From the IMG/VR virus record IMGVR_UViG_3300021559_000006: a stretch of 26,801 nt of DNA; one strand, given 5' to 3'. This DNA is from an uncultured virus (IMG/VR IMGVR_UViG_3300021559_000006). Its lineage: Duplodnaviria; Heunggongvirae; Uroviricota; Caudoviricetes. The notes beneath the pieces are model-generated. The model ran no database searches. It saw nothing but the letters and a program-made list of their open reading frames with translations, and was not told where the DNA came from. Made by a program: the position numbers and the translations under genes. Shown piece by piece: positions 22,537 to 26,801 of this stretch. Position 1 is the first letter of the stretch. Each line of letters opens with the position of its first letter.

Positions 22537-23982
22537 TCACAGCACATCAGGAACCTGCGGCCCAAACCGCAGATCCACCCGGCCAGGCTCGATCCGCCGC
22601 ACTCCGCGCCGACCCGGACTGACCGTCACCGCCACACACGCCCTAAGCACCATGCGCCGCCGCTCCAGCACCAGCGCATTCCACCGCGCATCCGCATCCG
22701 GAGCACCCAGCAGCCCGCGCAACACCGGCGGAACCATCGCCCGCTGGACGCGATCCTGAAGCCTCTCGATCTGCGGCAGAATCCCCGACTCCACCGCCGC
22801 CAAAGACACCGCCGACAACTTCCGCGACGCCGCCAACAGTCGGGCCTCCTGCAACTCCGCGTTCAACTCGTCGACCTCCGCCAGGATCGCCGACACCGAA
22901 CTCCCCGGATCCGCAGGCTTGAACGCCTCCACCGCCGCCGGACTCGACAACCACGACACCAACGCCGACTCCACATAGGCGTCCAGGCGCGTCTCCAGGA
23001 TCGCCACGTGCGCCCGCGGCCGGCACACATACGTGGACCGGCCCCTGTTCTTCAGGATGTACAGATCGGCCCGGCCGCACACCCCGCACACCGCGATGCC
23101 GGACAGGAGATGCGACAGGGGACGCCCGGCGCCGTCGTTGCGGCCCGGCGTGGAGAGCATGGCCTGGACCGCCCAGAACGTGGCAGGGTCGATCAGCTCA
23201 GGCCAGTCGGCATTACGGATCACCTTGCCCTGGTGGATCCGCTTGCCGATGTTCGTCTGACTCCGGAACACCTTCAGCAGGGCGTCGCCGTCCCAGTCCT
23301 TGCCCGTGCGCGTCGTGTGGCCGCGCTCGTTCAGCCATGCGGCGATCGGAGGCGCGGACTCGCCCGCGGCATACCGCTTGTAGGCCGTCTCCAGGTCGGG
23401 GCCCTCGGTGGGGTGGAGCCTCTGGGCGACGAGTTCGCCGGTGTGCGGGTCGTACTCGCGCATGTAGCCGAACGGGATCCGGCCGTGGGGGCGGCCCTTG
23501 GCGGCGTTGAGTCTCACGGTGCGCAAGTTCCGTTCGCGGATCTGTTCGGCCTCGTCTTCGGCCTGGGCTGCGTCGCGGGTGGCTTCGCGCCGGTCGCGGC
23601 GGTCGTTCATGTCGAAGGTGTGGCCGCCGTAGCGCCACAGGACGCCGGACTCCTCGATGAGCTTGCGGAGTTCGACGTAGCCGTCCATCGTGCGGTTGGC
23701 GCGGGAGGATTCCCACGTGACCAGGACGTCGCACTCGCCGGCGCGGATGCGGACGGCCATGGCCTCGAACTGGTCGCGGGTGCGTCTGGCGTGGCGGGAT
23801 GCGGAGCGGTTGTCGTCGGTGAACTCGCCGACGACGGTCCAGCCTTGGTCTTCGCATTCGGCGTGGTTCTCCGCTGACTGGTCCTTGGTGGAGCGTCCGC
23901 GGCGTTTGGGGTCGCGGGAGGCGCGGTTGTAGATGAAGGCGCGCAGGGGCTGTTCCGGTGGCTGGGTGGGCATGGATGTCAT
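22537..23982 (-). CDS. int: Large serine recombinase (phage integrase)
   Basis: FIYNRASRD catalytic Ser motif; DDNRSAS; WESSRANR; PFGY recombinase domain; LLSGIAVCGVCG...YVC zinc ribbon; coiled coil. Confidence 0.95.
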   Translation of the reverse strand: MTSMPTQPPEQPLRAFIYNRASRDPKRRGRSTKDQSAENHAECEDQGWTVVGEFTDDNRSASRHARRTRDQFEAMAVRIRAGECDVLVTWESSRANRTMDGYVELRKLIEESGVLWRYGGHTFDMNDRRDRREATRDAAQAEDEAEQIRERNLRTVRLNAAKGRPHGRIPFGYMREYDPHTGELVAQRLHPTEGPDLETAYKRYAAGESAPPIAAWLNERGHTTRTGKDWDGDALLKVFRSQTNIGKRIHQGKVIRNADWPELIDPATFWAVQAMLSTPGRNDGAGRPLSHLLSGIAVCGVCGRADLYILKNRGRSTYVCRPRAHVAILETRLDAYVESALVSWLSSPAAVEAFKPADPGSSVSAILAEVDELNAELQEARLLAASRKLSAVSLAAVESGILPQIERLQDRVQRAMVPPVLRGLLGAPDADARWNALVLERRRMVLRACVAVTVSPGRRGVRRIEPGRVDLRFGPQVPDVL

Positions 23983-24113
23983 GGCGTCAGGCTAGCGTTA
24001 TTACTATGTCTACGCCGCGCGGTCGGGCGCGAAGGTCCATCAGGGATGTGAGTATAACTATGCAACGCGGGCGTAGTCCTTGCGATCGTGCAGGCTGCGG
24101 GCGCCAAATAGCA

Positions 24114-24144
24114 CTGAGCCCCCGCTGATGGGGCGGGGGCTCAG
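24114..24144. terminator. 12-bp stem hairpin (terminator-like; first of a hairpin array)
   Basis: ctgagcccccgc 24114-24125 / gcgggggctcag 24133-24144. Confidence 0.6.
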
Positions 24145-24320
24145 CTTGGGCGCTCCGTCGTCCGCCATGGGGGGCTGGGACTGACGGGGCGCCGTCTATG
24201 TGGGGATAGAACTGGAGTTCGTATCCCTTGGGCAACCTATCGGTAAGTCGGCTGCGGTCGGTAGGTCCTTACGGGGCTGGTTGATCAGATGACGACAATC
24301 GAACCCTGATCCCGACCGGC
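24114..24320 (+). ncRNA. Candidate structured RNA or 5' leader (five tandem hairpins)
   Basis: Five consecutive stems found by eye; non-Watson-Crick stem pairs are G-U on the + strand; no credible CDS. Confidence 0.4.
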
Positions 24321-24341
24321 GACCCGAGGAGGTAACAGGGC

Positions 24342-24728
24342 ATGGTGCAGCCCAGGGAACCCGACAAGCCTGTCGTGGTCTATCACCGCCACCACCTCCA
24401 GCGTTGCTGTGTGCCCAAAGATCCAATCGACCCAAGCGCGCGGAGGGACATCCAGCGCATCGGTCGGAACGTCGCCAGTCTCCGCGCCTGGCGCAAGATC
24501 GGGCAAGAGGACCTCTCCCATGTATCCGGGGTCAGCGTCCGCCACATCCAGCGCATCGAAGCCGGCGACGGCGACCCGGCGGCGTCGTTCTACATCCGTC
24601 TCGCGCGGGCGTTGAACGTGCCCCTGTTCTGGGTCTTCACGGACGACTGGCCGCGGTTCGCCGAGGAGCAGGTGGGGGGTGGCGAAGCGTCTGTCAATCC
24701 GTCGCATGGCCACCCTGATGGGCGCTAG
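24342..24728 (+). CDS. XRE-family HTH regulator (start at ATG 24342 with GAGGAGGT RBS, or leaderless GTG 24411)
   Basis: IGRNVASLRAWRKIGQEDLSHVSGVSVRHIQRIEAG...IRLARALNVPL. Confidence 0.88.
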   Translation: MVQPREPDKPVVVYHRHHLQRCCVPKDPIDPSARRDIQRIGRNVASLRAWRKIGQEDLSHVSGVSVRHIQRIEAGDGDPAASFYIRLARALNVPLFWVFTDDWPRFAEEQVGGGEASVNPSHGHPDGR

Positions 24729-24796
24729 GGGTAGCCGATGCACACCAGCGCACGCGGCCGTCGTGCGCTCCCCCCGTGCGCGCCCCCTCGGGGTGC

Positions 24797-24982
24797 TCAA
24801 GCGGGCCATCTCCGCGGGTCGCTGGGCTGTCTCGGGCGGGCCAAGCCGACGTGCTCGGGGTGTCGCACGATCGTGCCGCCCGCACCGGAGTCCGACACGA
24901 CCTCGCTGACGACGACGCCCTCCCGTGTCCACTCGTCGCAGTACGAGCAGTAGCCCGGCTTGGTGCGCGGCTCCTCGCTCAT
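24797..24982 (-). CDS. Small protein with CxxC (61 aa)
   Basis: ATGA overlap; GYCSYC...SDSGAGG motif. Confidence 0.65.
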   Translation of the reverse strand: MSEEPRTKPGYCSYCDEWTREGVVVSEVVSDSGAGGTIVRHPEHVGLARPRQPSDPRRWPA

Positions 24983-25137
24983 CGCCCGCCCTCGCAACCG
25001 GCGTCGGCCTGGCGGGCGATGAGTTCCTGCACGCGGGCGTCGGTTGCCGGCGTGAGGCCGCCGCGGTCCGCGGTCTGCATCAGACGATCGAGCTCCGCCT
25101 GCTCGCCCGGGGTGAGGGCCTGCTGGTCGTGGGTCAT
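24979..25137 (-). CDS. Hypothetical protein (52 aa)
   Basis: GGAG RBS; ATGA overlaps on both sides. Confidence 0.65.
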   Translation of the reverse strand: MTHDQQALTPGEQAELDRLMQTADRGGLTPATDARVQELIARQADAGCEGGR

Positions 25138-25502
25138 GGGTGTCTCCGGAAGGTGTCGAGGGCGGCGGCGAGCCATACGGCGCCGGTGAGTTGGGCGGGA
25201 TTGTCGGGCTGGTGGAGCCAGGTTGCTGACGCTGGGTCGAGGCCGGCGCCGGGTAGTGCGATCCAGGAGCCCCGGGTGAGGAGTCGGCAGTCGGTGGGCC
25301 AGGCTTCGGGGGTGGTGCCGGTGGGGATGAGCCAGTACGTCATGGCTGAGCGCCTGGAGTAGGCGACGGGCCCGAGGTGTTGGCGGTCTTCGGGGTCGGA
25401 CGCGAGCCAGCGTAGGAGTGGCAGGCCGTGTGTGGCGGGGATGCGTAGGGCGTCCCAGTGTTCTCCGGCGGCGACGGTTTGGGAGTGCAGTACGACGGTC
25501 AT
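25134..25502 (-). CDS. Conserved-looking actinomycete mobile-element protein (possibly degenerate Prim-Pol-like fold), 122 aa
   Basis: AGEHWDALRIP...LGPV...YWLIPTGT..AWP...GSWIALP; AAGGGAG RBS. Confidence 0.7.
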   Translation of the reverse strand: MTVVLHSQTVAAGEHWDALRIPATHGLPLLRWLASDPEDRQHLGPVAYSRRSAMTYWLIPTGTTPEAWPTDCRLLTRGSWIALPGAGLDPASATWLHQPDNPAQLTGAVWLAAALDTFRRHP

Positions 25503-25588
25503 GTCTGCTCCCTTGTGCGCGCCGGGTGTCTTTCGGTCGTTGGCGCGATACGATCTGTGACGAGCGCCTCACTCCTTAGACATCAGAG

Positions 25589-25608
25589 TTGCCTAGTTAC
25601 ATAGGCAA
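25589..25608. promoter_or_regulatory. Putative GntR operator 1
   Basis: IR ttgccta-gttaca-taggcaa; shares CTAGTTwCmTAGGyAA with 26415-26430. Confidence 0.65.
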
Positions 25609-25635
25609 GTCAAGTCCCGACGTCACGCAACACGA

Positions 25636-25663
25636 AGCCCCCGCCCGGTATCGGACGGGGGCT
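25636..25663 (-). terminator. Intrinsic terminator downstream of the GntR gene
   Basis: Minus-strand stem AGCCCCCGUCCG-AUAC-CGGGCGGGGGCU followed by UCGUGUUG. Confidence 0.7.
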
Positions 25664-25678
25664 CAACTGTGCCCGCAC

Positions 25679-26404
25679 CTACAGGGCGTACTCCTCCGTG
25701 CGCGCCCAACGCCCACCCGGCGCCACACCCACCTCGAACGCAATCGGCTCACCGTCCGCGTCGAACACGGTGTGGTGCACCTCGGAGACGGCAGCCGGCG
25801 CCGTGAGCTCCAGCCGCCCCAGCTCCCCGTCCGTAGCGAGCCGTGCGGTCCACACGTCCCGCCCGGTCGACGGGCGGCGGCGCGTCTGCACCTCGATGTA
25901 GCGGGTCGTGCCCTCACGGATCCGCTCACGCAGCAGCAGCCGCGGACACCGCTCCAGCAGGTCTGCGAGGAACCACGACACAGATTCCGCTGTGGGGCGC
26001 TGGCCTTCCATAGTGACCCGGTGGCGGCGGACGACCGGTGTGCCCGGGTCGACGCCGAGTGCCGCAGCCACGTCGTCGGGTGCGGCGACTTGCTCGGCCG
26101 TCAGGATGTCGGCGTGCTCGCCCGAGGTGTAGGCGGCGCCGGTGTCGCGGGCGGTGTGGTAGCGCTCGCCTGCGGTGCGGGCCAGTGGGGCGCGTTCGCG
26201 CACGTAGGTGCCGGATCCCTGGCGGGCCTCGACGAGGCCTTCCTGGCGCAGTAGTCCGATGGCTTTCTCGGCGGTGGCCTTGGCCACGGACCAGGTGACG
26301 GAGAGTTCGGGGGCGGAGGGCACGGTGTCGCCGGGTGCGAGCTCGCCCCGCACGATCTTGCCTCTGATTTCGGCGGCGATCTGCTCGTACTTGGGGAGTG
26401 CCAT
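25679..26404 (-). CDS. GntR-family (HutC/UTRA) transcriptional regulator, KorSA-like
   Basis: PKYEQIAAEIRGKI..GEL.PGDTVPS..EL...W.VAKATAEKAI..L..EGLVEARQGSGTYV plus a UTRA-like C-terminus. Confidence 0.93.
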   Translation of the reverse strand: MALPKYEQIAAEIRGKIVRGELAPGDTVPSAPELSVTWSVAKATAEKAIGLLRQEGLVEARQGSGTYVRERAPLARTAGERYHTARDTGAAYTSGEHADILTAEQVAAPDDVAAALGVDPGTPVVRRHRVTMEGQRPTAESVSWFLADLLERCPRLLLRERIREGTTRYIEVQTRRRPSTGRDVWTARLATDGELGRLELTAPAAVSEVHHTVFDADGEPIAFEVGVAPGGRWARTEEYAL

Positions 26405-26414
26405 GCGAACCTCT

Positions 26415-26430
26415 CTAGTTTCCTAGGTAA
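26415..26430. promoter_or_regulatory. Putative GntR operator 2 (autoregulatory)
   Basis: ctagtttcctaggtaa matches 25593-25608 at 13 of 16 positions; lies just upstream of the GntR start. Confidence 0.6.
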
Positions 26431-26526
26431 CCTCCTCGAATGCTCGCATCGGCCGGGCGCAGGGTCAAGCAGGAAGGCCGCCGACGTGGTCAGTTCCGCC
26501 CATCCGGCGCTGGGACAATGGATCAC

Positions 26527-26801
26527 GTGCTTCTGCCCCGCATCCCGTCTGACCTGATAGCCCTGCAGCGGGAGGCGTATCAGGCGTCGCTGCGGCTGTA
26601 CGCGTGGATCCTGGCCGGGCCTGGTACGCCGCCCGCCTTGTGGCCGCTGCCGAGGCAGCGCGAGTACCTGCACCTGCGGGCCGTACAGGAAGAGGCGCGG
26701 CAGGCCGTCGAGGAGCACCCCGTCATGGCCGACGCCATCGCCCGCGGACGGTGGGACGTCACTGCCAGGGCGCTGCGGGACGCGACGCGGGCAGCCGAAG
26801 A
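26527..26801 (+). CDS. Hypothetical protein, partial (MLLPRIPSDLIALQRE...; runs off right edge)
   Basis: Manual translation open to the window end; GACAAT -10-like hexamer 7 nt before GTG. Confidence 0.6.
   Translation, partial: MLLPRIPSDLIALQREAYQASLRLYAWILAGPGTPPALWPLPRQREYLHLRAVQEEARQAVEEHPVMADAIARGRWDVTARALRDATRAAE

Larger units (their letters stand above)
1..24110. mobile_element. Temperate actinophage/prophage: integration, immunity and early/replication region (left end outside window; right boundary uncertain)
   Basis: Serine integrase, divergent XRE pair, BRO-N, Sak4-like ATPase, RusA and phage replication initiator; dense small genes joined by ATGA/GTGA/TGATG overlaps. Confidence 0.92.

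Noticed and set aside
24286..24304. Hammerhead-like string CAGATGA...GAAC
   Set aside because: Deviates from the invariant CUGANGA/GAAA core; no convincing stem I/III or cleavage triplet
24300..24376. GAACCCGACA resembling the 3' part of the ydaO/c-di-AMP riboswitch
   Set aside because: The following GCUAAC and the upstream conserved blocks are absent
23987..24435. Minus-strand ORFs 23987..24235 and 24196..24435
   Set aside because: No RBS or motifs and poor codon bias; the region is better explained as regulatory or structured
1..26801. tRNA, rRNA, tmRNA, reverse transcriptase or transposase genes
   Set aside because: No cloverleaf/T-loop signatures, YxDD RT motif or DDE transposase recognised by eye

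Overview
High-GC, actinobacterial (Streptomycetaceae-like) temperate phage/prophage DNA covering the integration, immunity and early/replication modules. No structural or lysis genes are in the window. From right to left: (i) an accessory block with a GntR/UTRA regulator and paired operators, small ORFs and an XRE protein; (ii) a ~360-bp intergenic region with five tandem hairpins; (iii) a large serine integrase; (iv) a divergent XRE repressor/Cro-like switch followed by a phiRv1-Xis-like candidate RDF; (v) a ~21-kb, mostly translationally coupled minus-strand operon. That operon encodes a Sak4-like AAA ATPase, BRO-N antirepressor, PAPS-reductase-like protein, tail-less HupS-like HU, N6A/N4C methyltransferase, RusA, HicA-like protein, PD-(D/E)XK nuclease, ParB-like protein, HNH nuclease, replication initiator with an internal HNH domain and iteron-like repeats, LuxR-HTH, SLOG protein and many small zinc-finger or membrane proteins. 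It is interrupted twice by solo, oppositely oriented, apparently leaderless Phd/YefM-fold genes, each with an operator-rich divergent control region. All family calls come from manual motif recognition; no database searches were run.
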